Positions 10,228 to 20,393 of a stretch of DNA of 64,000 nt are shown piece by piece (the stretch's first letter is position 1; each line of letters begins with the position of its first letter). This stretch comes from an uncultured delta proteobacterium. Lineage in GTDB: Bacteria > Desulfobacterota > Binatia > Binatales > Binataceae. Under the pieces are notes generated by a model. The model ran no database searches. It was given only the letters and a program-made list of their open reading frames with translations, and was not told where the DNA came from. The stretch spans positions 288,001 through 352,000 of the forward strand of contig CAVXXK010000003.1 of the NCBI GenBank assembly GCA_963765675.1, given 5' to 3'. Made by a program: the position numbers and the translations under genes.

Positions 10228-10388
10228 TCCCCTAATCTTATTTGACGCGCTGATCCGATCATAGAATATATGAAGATGATCGCGCGCCGCAGCGCGATGC
10301 TGGCAGCCGGCACCGCGAGCGTGATAACTACCAGAGCTCGACGCGCGATCGGCGCAATACTGTGCGGAAATAAGTTTGGAGAGATCCC

Positions 10389-11177
10389 ATGAGCCTGAGA
10401 CTCGAAGCAAAAAACGCAATCATCACCGGCGGCGCCAGCGGAATCGGCCGCGCCACCGCAATTCGTTTCGCTGAAGAAGGCGCTAACGTCTTTGTTGCCG
10501 ACCGCCATCTGACAGCCGCCGAAGAAACCGCGGGGATGGTCCGCGCGCTCGGCCGCAAGGCTATAGCCTTCCAGGTCGACACCAGCAACGAGGCGCAGGT
10601 GGCCGCGATGGTGACCCGATGCGTCGGCGAGCTCGGTGGCGTGAACATCCTGGTCGCTGCCGCCGGAATCTCGCACGCGCGCTACGGAGAAGAAGGCACG
10701 CCCGCGTTTGGCCCGCTCGCCGAGAAGCCGCTGGCCGACTGGAAAAAGGTTCTGAGCGTCAACCTCGACGGCGTGTTTATCACCGATCGCGAGGTCTCGC
10801 GCGCGATGATCGCGGCCGGCAAAGGCGGCAGGATCATCAATATCGCCTCGGGCGCGGCCAAGCTGCCGACTCCCGGCGTCGGCGAGTATTCGGTCAGCAA
10901 GGCCGGCGTGTGGATGCTCACCAAGGTGCTAGCGGTCGAGCTCGCGGAGTATGGAATCACCGCAAACGCGATCGGACCGGGATTCATCGCCACGCCGATG
11001 ACCGCGAATCTGACCAGCGCCGAGGGCTTCATGAAGCGCCTCCTCGAGCGCGTGCCGCTGAAACACGTCGGAGAGGCGGTCGACGTCGCCAACACCGCGC
11101 TGTTCCTCGCCAGCGAGGAAGGCAGGTACTACACCGGCTCGATCCTCCATCCCGACGGCGGAGTCGTGATGCAATGA
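10389..11177 (+). CDS. SDR family oxidoreductase
   Basis: TGGASGIG and YSVSK motifs. Confidence 0.93.
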   Translation: MSLRLEAKNAIITGGASGIGRATAIRFAEEGANVFVADRHLTAAEETAGMVRALGRKAIAFQVDTSNEAQVAAMVTRCVGELGGVNILVAAAGISHARYGEEGTPAFGPLAEKPLADWKKVLSVNLDGVFITDREVSRAMIAAGKGGRIINIASGAAKLPTPGVGEYSVSKAGVWMLTKVLAVELAEYGITANAIGPGFIATPMTANLTSAEGFMKRLLERVPLKHVGEAVDVANTALFLASEEGRYYTGSILHPDGGVVMQ

Positions 11178-11677
11178 GCGCTCGCGGCCGCGCGGTCGGG
11201 CCGATTTGCAGATTGATTCGGCCGCGGTTGGCCGTTGCGCTCGCGGCGCTCGCGCTCGCGATCTGCACGTCGCCGAGCGCCCCGCGCGCGCAGGATTCGG
11301 GCGCTCAGATGGGCGGCAGCGCATCGATGCCGCCGATGCAATCCGCTCCGGACTCGAACGGGAATCCGTCGGCCTCCGCAACCGCTGCGATCCAGTTTCC
11401 GAATATTCCGCGGATCACTTTGCAGGTGCTGCCAGGTTACGGTCCGGCGCCACTGCTGGTGGGTTTCCTGGTGATGAATGCGAATCCGGACTCAGCGCCG
11501 CTGGTCAGCTATCGCTTCAGCTTCGGCGACGGACAGATCTCGACGGAGCCACCAACCGTGCTGTACCACAGCTTCACGAACCCGGGGACTTATACAGTGG
11601 TCGTGACCGCGACCACCGCCGACGGCCAGAACGCAACCGCGATCGCGGGAGTAACCGTCACCCAGGCTGCAGATTGA
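11174..11677 (+). CDS. Secreted PKD-domain protein
   Basis: Signal-peptide-like N-terminus; GPAPLLV...YRFSFGDG...HSFTNPGTYTV PKD signature; ATGA overlap with the SDR stop. Confidence 0.8.
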   Translation: MSARGRAVGPICRLIRPRLAVALAALALAICTSPSAPRAQDSGAQMGGSASMPPMQSAPDSNGNPSASATAAIQFPNIPRITLQVLPGYGPAPLLVGFLVMNANPDSAPLVSYRFSFGDGQISTEPPTVLYHSFTNPGTYTVVVTATTADGQNATAIAGVTVTQAAD

Positions 11678-11687
11678 ATCTGGCGCG

Positions 11688-12365
11688 CTACTGGCTGAGC
11701 ACCGTCACCTTTCCGGTGTCGATATCGTACATCGCTCCGACGATTTTGAGCTCTCCACTCTGGATCATTGGCGCGAGCGGACCTTCCTTCGAAAGATCCT
11801 TCACGATCAGCAGCACGTTTTCGCGCGACGCGTTGTCGTACACGTCTCCGGGCATCGATTTCGCCGCGGCGACCGCGGGCCTAAGCTCGCGCAGCATCGG
11901 ACCCACGTCTTCGTCGGGCTCGTCGTGTCCTTCGACCGCGGCCTTGATCGCGCCGCAATGCGTATGCCCCATCACGACCAGCAGCCGCGCGTGCAGATGA
12001 GTGACCGCGTAATCAAGGCTCTCGATCACGAGATGATCGGCTACGTTCCCCGCGACGCGCACTACGAACAAATCACCCAGCCCCTGGTCGAAAACGATTT
12101 CGGGCGCCGTCCGCGAGTCCGCGCACGCCAGTACCGCCGCGAACGGATATTGCCCCTTGGCGACTTCGTCGCGGCGCGCTGTCGTCTGCCGCGGATGCTC
12201 CATCTTGCCCGAAGCGAAGCGGCGATTCCCGTCGAGCAGGCGCTGTAAAGAGTCCGCCGCGCTGACTGGAGGAACCTTACTGGGCGCGCCGATCGCGCGG
12301 ATGATACTTGCAGCCATGAACAACCCCGTGACGGCGACTGCGATCGCCAGTTTTCCGTTTCTCAT
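11688..12365 (-). CDS. Beta-class carbonic anhydrase with signal peptide (probably periplasmic)
   Basis: CADSR, GDLFVVRVAGN and HTHCGA zinc motifs; hydrophobic N-terminus. Confidence 0.92.
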   Translation of the reverse strand: MRNGKLAIAVAVTGLFMAASIIRAIGAPSKVPPVSAADSLQRLLDGNRRFASGKMEHPRQTTARRDEVAKGQYPFAAVLACADSRTAPEIVFDQGLGDLFVVRVAGNVADHLVIESLDYAVTHLHARLLVVMGHTHCGAIKAAVEGHDEPDEDVGPMLRELRPAVAAAKSMPGDVYDNASRENVLLIVKDLSKEGPLAPMIQSGELKIVGAMYDIDTGKVTVLSQ

Positions 12366-12496
12366 TTGAGACCAACCTCTATTTCGCGAGCGGAAAAATA
12401 GCAGAATCCGTGAGCACGCGCATCGATCCGCGTGTATTTCCCCGCCTCGGCAATGGATTGACATTGGCCGCCCGCTTCGCTCATTTTGAAGCGCAT

Positions 12497-13012
12497 ATGA
12501 TTTCGCGCAACCCTATCCAATTGGCTCTCGTCGCCGCAACCGCTCTCGGATTTGCCTTCACGCTTTCTGCGTGCGAACAGGCAGCGCTAAAAGCCAACGC
12601 GGAGCAGGTCCAGCAGCAGCAGGCCCAGATCGAACAGAATCAGATGGAGATCCAGAAGATGCTGGCGCAGCAGCAGGGTTACGGCGGCGGCGCCTCATCC
12701 GCTTCAGCATCGGCCCCGATCGCGTCCGCGGGCGGATGCGACAAATCGATTATGGCCGAGGCGACTCGCCACGGCGGCGACAAGCTCGCGTCGGGCGATT
12801 TCACCCACGCGATCGGCTACTACCAGGACGCTCTGACCGCCTGCCCCAACAATCCGCGCGCCGAACTGAACCTCGCGCATGCGTACGAAGCGGCGGGGAA
12901 CCGCACCGCCGCAATCGATCATTTCAGGGACGCCGCGCACAGCACCGACCCCGCAGAGTCATCCGCCGAAGAGGAAGCGCGCAACGCGCTCGTGCGCCTC
13001 GGCTCGAATTGA
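12497..13012 (+). CDS. TPR-containing lipoprotein
   Basis: Lipobox LSAC, Gln-rich coiled coil, TPR-like helices (AIGYYQDAL...AELNLAHAY). Confidence 0.75.
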   Translation: MISRNPIQLALVAATALGFAFTLSACEQAALKANAEQVQQQQAQIEQNQMEIQKMLAQQQGYGGGASSASASAPIASAGGCDKSIMAEATRHGGDKLASGDFTHAIGYYQDALTACPNNPRAELNLAHAYEAAGNRTAAIDHFRDAAHSTDPAESSAEEEARNALVRLGSN

Positions 13013-13061
13013 AGCTCGCGTGCCCGCGCAAGATGATAGCGGGCTGAAAAAAGGGGTACGC

Positions 13062-14675
13062 ATGAACGTGCCATCACGCGGTTTAATCGCGTGTACTTTG
13101 CTGGTGCTGGTGACGGTTGTCGCATTCAGAGGAACTGCGATGGCGGATCTCGCGGACCAGCGCACCACCGAGCTTCTGACCGCGCTTGAGACCAACGACT
13201 ATGCGGCGGCACAGCGTCATTGCAGCGCGCGGGTGCAGTCGGCATTTTCGCAGGTCGAGACAGGTTGGCAGCAGGTCACACAAGCCTACGGCAAACTCGA
13301 ATCATTTCAGATCACCAACCGGACGTCGGCCGACGGGATGGACATTCGGATTGCGAATCTGAATTTTGAGCGTCCAAGCGGATTGGCTGCAAAAGTCGCG
13401 ATCGACTCCGACGGCAACGTCGCGGGATTGTTCTTCGTTGCGGCGGCGGTCTCACCCGAAGCGTCGAAGATCGCCGACCAGCGCGTCACTGAGATGCTCG
13501 AGGCGCTGCGCGACTCGAAATTCGACGTAGCCGAGAGCCACTTCGACTCGACGATGCAAAGGCTGCTGCCGCCCAAAGCCCTCGAAGACGCGTGGAAACC
13601 GCGGACCGATTCGCTCGGAGATTTGAAGGCATGGCGAATCGTCGGCCGAAGCGAAGTCAGCGGCGTCCAGGTCAGGATCGTCAATCTCGATTTCACCAAG
13701 GCGCCCAAAGCCTTTGCGCTGAAGATTGCGGTCGATGCCGCAGGCGAGATCGGCGGCCTCTATTTCGTCCCCGCGCAGGCCGAAGCGACCTCTGGTCGGC
13801 CATCTTATATCCGCCCCGCGACGTTCACCGCGCACGAAGTAAAAGTCGGAAAACCGGATGCTCCGCTCGGCGGCACCGTCACGATTCCCGTCGGCAACGG
13901 TCCATTTCCAGGAGCGGTGCTCGTGGCCGGCTCAGGCCCCAACGATCGCGACGAAAATGTTCTCGCGAATCATCCTTTCAAGGATCTCGCCGAAGGTCTC
14001 AGCTCGAACGGAATCGCGGTGCTGAGATACGACAAGCGCACGCGCGTGTATCCAGCGGCCGTGCCGGTAAAGAGCGTAACCGTCGATTACGAAGTGATCG
14101 ACGACGCGGTCGCCGCCGTCGCGATTCTCGAGCATCAGCCAAGAGTCGATCCCGCCCGCGTGTACGTGGTCGGGCACAGCCTAGGCGCGATGCTGGCGCC
14201 GGAGATCGCTGCGCGAGCGCATGCGGCTGGAGTGATCATGCTCGCGCCGGGCTCGCTTCCGTTGGCGCGGATTCTGGTGAGGCAATACCGCTACCTCGGT
14301 GCGCCGCAGGAGAAGATCACACAGGCGCAACTACTGGAAGCCAAGTCGTTCCCGCCGGATCACCAGATAATGGATGGCGCGCCCGCATCGTATTTCTATG
14401 ATCTCGATTCGCGCGACGAGATCGGATACGCGCGCAAGCTCGGCAAGCCGATCCTGATTCTGCGCGGCGCGCGTGACTATCAGATCGTGGACGAGGATAT
14501 CGACTACTGGCGCAAAGGTTTAAAGGGCACGCCCAACGTCACGATCGAGACCATCCCGAAATTGAATCACTTGTTCATCGCGGGCTCGGGCCGGCCGAGC
14601 CCCGACGAATATTCCGTGCCGGGCTACGTCGATCCGGAAGTGATCGCGAAGGTCTCGTCGTTCATCAAGCGGTAG
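13062..14675 (+). CDS. Secreted alpha/beta hydrolase with two tandem DUF3887-like domains
   Basis: Signal peptide; repeated unit (W...YG/LG.L...GLF/GLYF); GSGPNDRDE, RYDKR, GHSLG and LNHLF motifs. Confidence 0.85.
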   Translation: MNVPSRGLIACTLLVLVTVVAFRGTAMADLADQRTTELLTALETNDYAAAQRHCSARVQSAFSQVETGWQQVTQAYGKLESFQITNRTSADGMDIRIANLNFERPSGLAAKVAIDSDGNVAGLFFVAAAVSPEASKIADQRVTEMLEALRDSKFDVAESHFDSTMQRLLPPKALEDAWKPRTDSLGDLKAWRIVGRSEVSGVQVRIVNLDFTKAPKAFALKIAVDAAGEIGGLYFVPAQAEATSGRPSYIRPATFTAHEVKVGKPDAPLGGTVTIPVGNGPFPGAVLVAGSGPNDRDENVLANHPFKDLAEGLSSNGIAVLRYDKRTRVYPAAVPVKSVTVDYEVIDDAVAAVAILEHQPRVDPARVYVVGHSLGAMLAPEIAARAHAAGVIMLAPGSLPLARILVRQYRYLGAPQEKITQAQLLEAKSFPPDHQIMDGAPASYFYDLDSRDEIGYARKLGKPILILRGARDYQIVDEDIDYWRKGLKGTPNVTIETIPKLNHLFIAGSGRPSPDEYSVPGYVDPEVIAKVSSFIKR

Positions 14676-14684
14676 AAAATCTTT

Positions 14685-15737
14685 CTAAGGAACCGGCGCG
14701 GCGTTGAGCAGGCCTGCGGCTTCGTCGAAGCCGAGCATCAGGTTCATATTCTGGATCGCCTGCCCGGCGGCGCCCTTGCCGAGATTGTCGATCGCCGTGA
14801 TTACGACCAGCGTGTTCGAGCGGCGGTCGAGCACGGTCGCGATCTCGCAGAAGTTCGTCGCGCGCACGTTGCGCAGCTCCGGCAGATCTCCCGGCTTGAG
14901 CATCCGCACGAACCGCGCCTTGGCGAAGCTCGCCTCGAAGGCGTTGCGCACGTCATCTTCGGTCGTGCCGGCGCGCGGCTTCATGAAAATCGAGGTCAGG
15001 ATTCCACGCGTGATCGGCAGCAGATGCGGCACGAACATCAGCGCGATCTCGCGGCCGAGCACCGCGCCGACTTCCTGCTCGATTTCCGGCGTATGGCGAT
15101 GGTTCCCCACCTTGTAAGCGCGGAAGTTTTCGTTGACCTCCGCGAACAGATATTCCACCGACGCGGCGCGCCGCGCTCCGGTGGTGCCCGACTTCGCATC
15201 GATCACGATCGACGACGGATCGATCAAGTCGCGCTTGATCAGCGGAATCAGCGCGAGCAGCGCCCCAGTCGGATAGCATCCGGGATTCGCGACCAGCCGC
15301 GCCTCGCGCAACTCGGCGCGATGAAACTCGCTCAGTCCATAGACAGCCTCGCGCGAGAGCGCCGGCGCGAGCTGATCGACGCCGTAGGCCGCACGATGCA
15401 CCGCCGGATCCTTCAGGCGAAAGTCCGCTGAGACATCGATCACCTTGACGCCGTTTTTCACCAGCTCAACGACCACCGGTGTTCCGATCTTCTCGGGCAG
15501 GCACGAGATCGCGACGTCAACACGTCCGCGGATGAACTCCGGGCGCAAATCTTCGAACGCCGGCAGGTCGGTCCCCGCCATATGGCGGTAAACGTCGGCC
15601 ACTTCGCGCCCGGCATAGTGCTCGGACGTGAGCGCCGCAATCTCGACGAACGGATGAGTTGCGAGCAGACGCACGGCCTCGATTCCCGAATAGCCGGACG
15701 CACCCAGAACCGCGACTCTGACCCTATCGTGTGCCAT
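14685..15737 (-). CDS. argC: N-acetyl-gamma-glutamyl-phosphate reductase
   Basis: GASGYSG, ANPGCYPT, HRHTPEI and DNLGKGAAGQA motifs. Confidence 0.97.
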   Translation of the reverse strand: MAHDRVRVAVLGASGYSGIEAVRLLATHPFVEIAALTSEHYAGREVADVYRHMAGTDLPAFEDLRPEFIRGRVDVAISCLPEKIGTPVVVELVKNGVKVIDVSADFRLKDPAVHRAAYGVDQLAPALSREAVYGLSEFHRAELREARLVANPGCYPTGALLALIPLIKRDLIDPSSIVIDAKSGTTGARRAASVEYLFAEVNENFRAYKVGNHRHTPEIEQEVGAVLGREIALMFVPHLLPITRGILTSIFMKPRAGTTEDDVRNAFEASFAKARFVRMLKPGDLPELRNVRATNFCEIATVLDRRSNTLVVITAIDNLGKGAAGQAIQNMNLMLGFDEAAGLLNAAPVP

Positions 15738-16078
15738 CGGTGGGATCGCGCAAACCTCCGGAAAGAAAATTAACCAACCAATAACCCGTGTATCATGAAT
15801 CTATGGGTCGTAACAGTTGACGAAAGTTGTCGGTCGTGGACCGGTTTGAGATCTGCTCCGTTCGCGCTGCTGACTTGTCATTCCCCGCGCGCGTGGCTGA
15901 CGCGCGCGATGAATTTCGGGCGAAGGTCCGCTGCACGTGGACGGTAGCGCGGAGCATGGCCGCCTCGGGATTTCTCGCCAAAGGCTCGAAATGACGGATG
16001 TATGCGCAGCGCATGATTATGTGGGCTTGGTGCACGACTGTCTTAGCTTCAGCCGAGCCCCCAATCGTCATTTCGACC

Positions 16079-16144
16079 AAAAGGAGAAATCCCGGGGGCG
16101 CCCATGCACTCACCTGCGGGGTGGCAGCCAACCCGGGACTCGCC
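16079..16144 (-). terminator. Putative intrinsic terminator of the cyclase operon
   Basis: Minus strand GAGTCCCGGG...CCCGGGATTT stem followed by CTCCTTTT, about 20 nt after the cyclase stop; loop is long. Confidence 0.45.
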
Positions 16145-16164
16145 GCTATGCAAGCGCGAGACAG

Positions 16165-18390
16165 TTACTTGGTATCGAACTCGAACACCAGCTCGCCCGA
16201 CGGCGAATCCGCCAACACCGCGAGCTTCTCCAGATAAAGCGCGATCACGCCGTCGTCGGGCCGCTCCGCACGCATCGCTTCGAGCGTGCTGCAAGCCTGC
16301 CGCGGATCGCCCTGGCGCAGGTTCTCCAGCGCGGATTCGAAGCGATCATAATACGAGGGATCGGCGCCCTTGGCCGCGGCAACCACTTCCATGATCGGCA
16401 CCGCATTGCTCTTTCCCTTCACCCTGACCAACCCAATATCGCGCGCGATATAGCCGTCTCCCGCGGCGGCGTAAGTCTCCTTGCTGACCAGCAGATGCAC
16501 CTTGAACTGGCGGGTGAGGCCTTCCAGGCGCGAGGCCAGGTTTACCGTGTCGCCAATAACCGAGTAGTCGAAGCGGCGCGCGCCGCCGAAGTTCCCAGCG
16601 ATTGCCTCCCCCGTCGCGATTCCCACGCCGATATCGATCGTGGCAAAACGCGGATCGTGCTCGCGCATCGACTTCAGCTCCGTGAGCATCGAGAGCGCCG
16701 AGTCGATCGCCGAGCGCGCGTGATTTGGAATCTCCAGCGGTGCACCCCAAAACGCCATGATTCCGTCGCCGCGAATCTTGTCCACCACCCCGCCGCTTTC
16801 GAGGATGAAGTCGGTCATCTTGGTCATATAGTCGTTGAGCAACGCGACCAGCGCAGCCGGATCGGTGCGTTCGGAGAGCCCGGTGTAGTTGACGATATCG
16901 GCGAACAGGATCGTGACGATCTTTCGCTCGCCCCCGAGCTTGAGTCCGCCAGGATTATCCACCACCGACGCGATTACATCGGGATGCAGGTAGTGCTCGA
17001 AGGCGTGGCGCAGACGACGCTTCTCGCGCCCCTCGGTCCAGTATCGGTAAATCGCAAGCGCGGCAGCGACCCCGCCGGCGACCGCGAGCGGAAATACCAC
17101 CCCCACTAGAACGCTGTGCTCGATGAGCAGGTACTGCGCGAAGCCGAAATACGCGACGATCAGGATGAGCACGGCGGCGAACGCGATCGAGGCGGTCAGG
17201 TACGCGACCGCGAGCGAGATCGCCACTCCCAGCAGAACTGCCCAAATTCTCTCCATCGCGATCGTATTAGTGCGGCTCGCGTCGATAAAGTCATGCGCGA
17301 TCACGTCGTCGATCGCGTTGGCGTGAATTTCGACGCGGGGAAACTCAGCTCCCGCCGGAGTGACCGAGCGATCGCCGATCGCCTGCGCCAGCGCACCCAC
17401 CAGCACCACTTTGCCGGATAACGCACCGGGCGGTATCCGATGCTCGATCACGTCGATCGGCGAGTAGTGCGGAACCTTTCCGTTCACGCCGCGAAACGTG
17501 ACCGTCATCCGTCCTATCTCATCCGTCGGAATGACGAGATCGCCGAGAGCCACGCTCGCCACGCCCGCGGGGATCAGGTTGAGCTTGAGAGGTGCGCCGT
17601 CGTAAAAGGCTTGGGCGACCGCGAGAAAGAACGGCACGCACTTCCGGCCATGAAACTCGATCACGGTGAGCTCATTGCGAATCTCGCCGTCCGCGTCACC
17701 CTCGATATCGTAGAATCCCGTTCCGCGGGCGGCGCTGTTAAGGATCGGCGTCGGCGGAAGGTAGGCGTCGGCGTGCATGATAGGCCCGGCGCCTCCCGGG
17801 GCGGTATGGGTCAACGCGTATGCAAGTGGCGGCGGATCGAGCGGCTCCGACAGATAGCCGGCCTGCGCTCCGCCGGCACTCTTGTTCAACTGGTGAATCG
17901 CGAACGCGTAGCCGAGAAATGTATTGCCCTGCGCCTTGATCGAGTCGGCGAATTTCTGGTCGTGGTCGTGGCCCAACGCCTCCTGGATCTGTGCGTCTTT
18001 GAGGCCGAGCGCCGTCAGCCGCGAGGCTATTTCGCGCCGCGCCGCGACATCCGAGTCGGCTTCCGAGAACAGCAGATCGTAGCCGATGACTTTCGGATGG
18101 TACGACGCGAGCGCGTCCTCAAACTGCGCCATCACGTCGCGCGGCCACGGCCAATGCCCCAGCGCCGCGATACTTTTCTGATCGATTCCGACCACGACGA
18201 CCTGGTTGGTCGGCGGATGCGGCGTGCGCGCATTCATCCGCAGGTCGGTGATCTTGAGCTCCGCAAACGTCAGCGCGCCCGGATAGATCATCAGCAGCGC
18301 CAGCATCAGCGCCGTCACCGCGATTCCGACGATAAACGTGCGCCATGAGAATGGCTGGTGAAACCGGGACTTTCTCGATTGCGGCGGCAT
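16165..18390 (-). CDS. CHASE2-domain class III adenylate cyclase
   Basis: CHASE2 motifs (VVVGID, WPWPR, DADG.IR, VEIHAN), three TM helices, FADIVNYT, DKIRGD and DYSVIGDTVNLASRLE (Lys/Asp = ATP specificity). Confidence 0.93.
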   Translation of the reverse strand: MPPQSRKSRFHQPFSWRTFIVGIAVTALMLALLMIYPGALTFAELKITDLRMNARTPHPPTNQVVVVGIDQKSIAALGHWPWPRDVMAQFEDALASYHPKVIGYDLLFSEADSDVAARREIASRLTALGLKDAQIQEALGHDHDQKFADSIKAQGNTFLGYAFAIHQLNKSAGGAQAGYLSEPLDPPPLAYALTHTAPGGAGPIMHADAYLPPTPILNSAARGTGFYDIEGDADGEIRNELTVIEFHGRKCVPFFLAVAQAFYDGAPLKLNLIPAGVASVALGDLVIPTDEIGRMTVTFRGVNGKVPHYSPIDVIEHRIPPGALSGKVVLVGALAQAIGDRSVTPAGAEFPRVEIHANAIDDVIAHDFIDASRTNTIAMERIWAVLLGVAISLAVAYLTASIAFAAVLILIVAYFGFAQYLLIEHSVLVGVVFPLAVAGGVAAALAIYRYWTEGREKRRLRHAFEHYLHPDVIASVVDNPGGLKLGGERKIVTILFADIVNYTGLSERTDPAALVALLNDYMTKMTDFILESGGVVDKIRGDGIMAFWGAPLEIPNHARSAIDSALSMLTELKSMREHDPRFATIDIGVGIATGEAIAGNFGGARRFDYSVIGDTVNLASRLEGLTRQFKVHLLVSKETYAAAGDGYIARDIGLVRVKGKSNAVPIMEVVAAAKGADPSYYDRFESALENLRQGDPRQACSTLEAMRAERPDDGVIALYLEKLAVLADSPSGELVFEFDTK

Positions 18391-18469
18391 CAGATGCGGC
18401 TCTTCCGGAACGAGAATAGCGCGCGATGGCCGACGCGGCTAACCCCACGCGCCGGTGAGATTTGCCGTT

Positions 18470-19276
18470 CTATTCCAAGAAGCCGAGCTGCTTGTAGAAG
18501 CTGATTTGTCCGTACTGATGCGCCGAGCCGTAGCCCGCTTGCGCGCTGAATCCTACCTGCCACGGCCGGTAGTAGACGCCCATGTCGGGTCCGCCCTCGC
18601 CTTCCGCGCCGGTCAGGAATCCGCCCAGATAAACCGCCCCGCCGCCGCCGGCCATGAATATCCAGTGCTCGGTCGACGCGACGATCATCTGCAAGTCGAT
18701 CGACATGCTGGTCACGTCGTTCTCGTAATTGTACATCGTCGAGGTCGCGAGATTGACCGGATGCTCCGAGTGCAGAAACAGCCAACTCGAAACGTCGCCC
18801 TCGATATCCGTCGCGGTGCTGTCGCCGAAATCCTTGCCGCCCAATATATAGATGTGCGTGCCGGGATAGACCGTGATGTCCACCCCTCCCTGCGCGCGTC
18901 CGAAGTTGAGCCGCGCCTGATGCCCGGTGCCCGGATTAAGCGGATTGTCGAAACCGCCGCCTTCGAAAAGCTGATAACCGGTAAGCCGCCCAACCGCGCC
19001 GATGTATGGAGTGATGCTCTGTTCGAGCTGAAAGCCTTCCTGGATCGTGGCGTACTTGTCGCTGGCATAGCCGCCGCCAAAACCGATCACTTCGAGGCGG
19101 CCGGGATCCTGGATCGTAAAGAAATTCGGATAGGTGCTGTCGAAGAAGTCTTCGGCGGCAGCCGGACTAACCGCAACGATCGTCGCGCCGAACGTTACGA
19201 CGGCCGCAACCATATACGACACAAGTCGGCAGGGCAGTTTGCGCGCCACTCGATTCCTCCTCAGATGCTGCAACAC
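18470..19276 (-). CDS. Secreted hypothetical protein, probable small outer-membrane beta-barrel
   Basis: Signal peptide ending AAA-ED; Gly/aromatic-rich alternating strands; C-terminal QISFYKQLGF; start uncertain (19276, 19249 or 19213). Confidence 0.65.
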   Translation of the reverse strand: MLQHLRRNRVARKLPCRLVSYMVAAVVTFGATIVAVSPAAAEDFFDSTYPNFFTIQDPGRLEVIGFGGGYASDKYATIQEGFQLEQSITPYIGAVGRLTGYQLFEGGGFDNPLNPGTGHQARLNFGRAQGGVDITVYPGTHIYILGGKDFGDSTATDIEGDVSSWLFLHSEHPVNLATSTMYNYENDVTSMSIDLQMIVASTEHWIFMAGGGGAVYLGGFLTGAEGEGGPDMGVYYRPWQVGFSAQAGYGSAHQYGQISFYKQLGFLE

Positions 19277-19280
19277 GCGA

Positions 19281-20075
19281 TCATCCGCGCGGCGGGGGTG
19301 GCGGAGGCGGAGGAGGCGGCGAGGTATTCATGTTGACGCACGTCGGACAGGCAGGTGGCGGTACTGGAGCCACCGGAGTAATCACGCCGACTGAACTGGC
19401 GCCACCAGCCGCTCCGAACGAAGATGCTCCCGTCATCCCCAGCGGACCCGAGCCGGTCGGCGCCAGAAAGCATGGCACCGTCGCTTCGTATCCTGCGCCG
19501 ATATTGACCCCGCCGCCCGGATTGCCCGCAGTGGCGAGATTCACAACGCCGTCCTGAACCGCGACATCGGTAAAATTATGGCAATCGCCGAAGGTCGGGC
19601 GCGCCACCCCGGAAGAAAAGATCGTGTCGAAGCGCGTGCCGCGCGCGGCCGCAACCGCGTTTGGCGTATGCACTTCAAAATTCGGTGCGGCCGCGCCGAT
19701 CGTATGATTTACGAATGAACGCAGTTCGCCTCCGAACAAACTCACCCGCGTAGCCACCGGCGAAGCCGTCTGCTGATCGACTACGATATTGCTCGAATCG
19801 CCAAGCTCGAGCGTGCTCTGATCATTGAGCCGCACAATCACATGGCCGCCAACTCCGGTCAGGAGCCGGTCGCCAACATCGACCGGTGTGCCCGTCGCGC
19901 CCCCGAGCGTAGCCGCGCCCCGTTGAATTGTGACCGGTCCCGAAGATGATGTGATCGTTCCGGCAACCGCCGCTTGTGCAGACGCGGCGCGAGGCGAAAG
20001 TATCAGGGCAAAGACGAAAGCGAGCGCAAGTATAAGATGGTTTTGAAGGGATGGGCGAACAGTCGAGGCGCGCAT
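19281..20075 (-). CDS. Secreted FecR-domain protein with poly-Pro tail
   Basis: GDRLLTG, FEVHTPNAVAAARGTRF and VQDGVV FecR motifs; signal peptide; alternative GTG start at 20099. Confidence 0.88.
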   Translation of the reverse strand: MRASTVRPSLQNHLILALAFVFALILSPRAASAQAAVAGTITSSSGPVTIQRGAATLGGATGTPVDVGDRLLTGVGGHVIVRLNDQSTLELGDSSNIVVDQQTASPVATRVSLFGGELRSFVNHTIGAAAPNFEVHTPNAVAAARGTRFDTIFSSGVARPTFGDCHNFTDVAVQDGVVNLATAGNPGGGVNIGAGYEATVPCFLAPTGSGPLGMTGASSFGAAGGASSVGVITPVAPVPPPACPTCVNMNTSPPPPPPPPPPRG

Positions 20076-20105
20076 AGCGTGGTTTTCCTTGTCGCTCACC
20101 GCATT

Positions 20106-20134
20106 CTTCTATTCGGCCCGCGAAGTACTGTCAA
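20106..20134 (-). promoter_or_regulatory. Sigma70-like promoter of the FecR operon
   Basis: Minus strand TTGACA - 17 nt - TAGAAG. Confidence 0.5.
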
Positions 20135-20252
20135 TTCGGTTTGGCAAAATATGCGAGCACGATATTGCAGTGTACGTACTTCTGCGTACACGCCGGGACA
20201 CGCGAGAGATTAGGCGCGTCGCAGGCGCGCGCACCAATGAATTTTCTCTTAA

Positions 20253-20367
20253 GTGGCACCGGCTTTAGCCGGTGATTCTTGCGCGCGTGAGAGATGGGCT
20301 CCGCATTCATTGTAAAGCCCGGCACCGGCTTCAGCCGGTGCGGGCCACAGGCTAAAGCCTGTGCCAC
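20253..20367. repeat. Cluster of three short palindromic REP-like units (GGCAC(C/A)GGCTT(T/C)AGCC(G/T)GTG)
   Basis: Copies at 20253-20274, 20321-20340 and inverted at 20346-20367, just after the rpsI stop. Confidence 0.75.
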
Positions 20368-20393
20368 TAATCTTGAGCCATGTCTCTCTGAGA

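Noticed and set aside
20141-20156. Sigma54 promoter-like TGGCA...TGC (also TGGCACG near 42907)
   Set aside because: GG-GC spacing is wrong or the -12 element is missing
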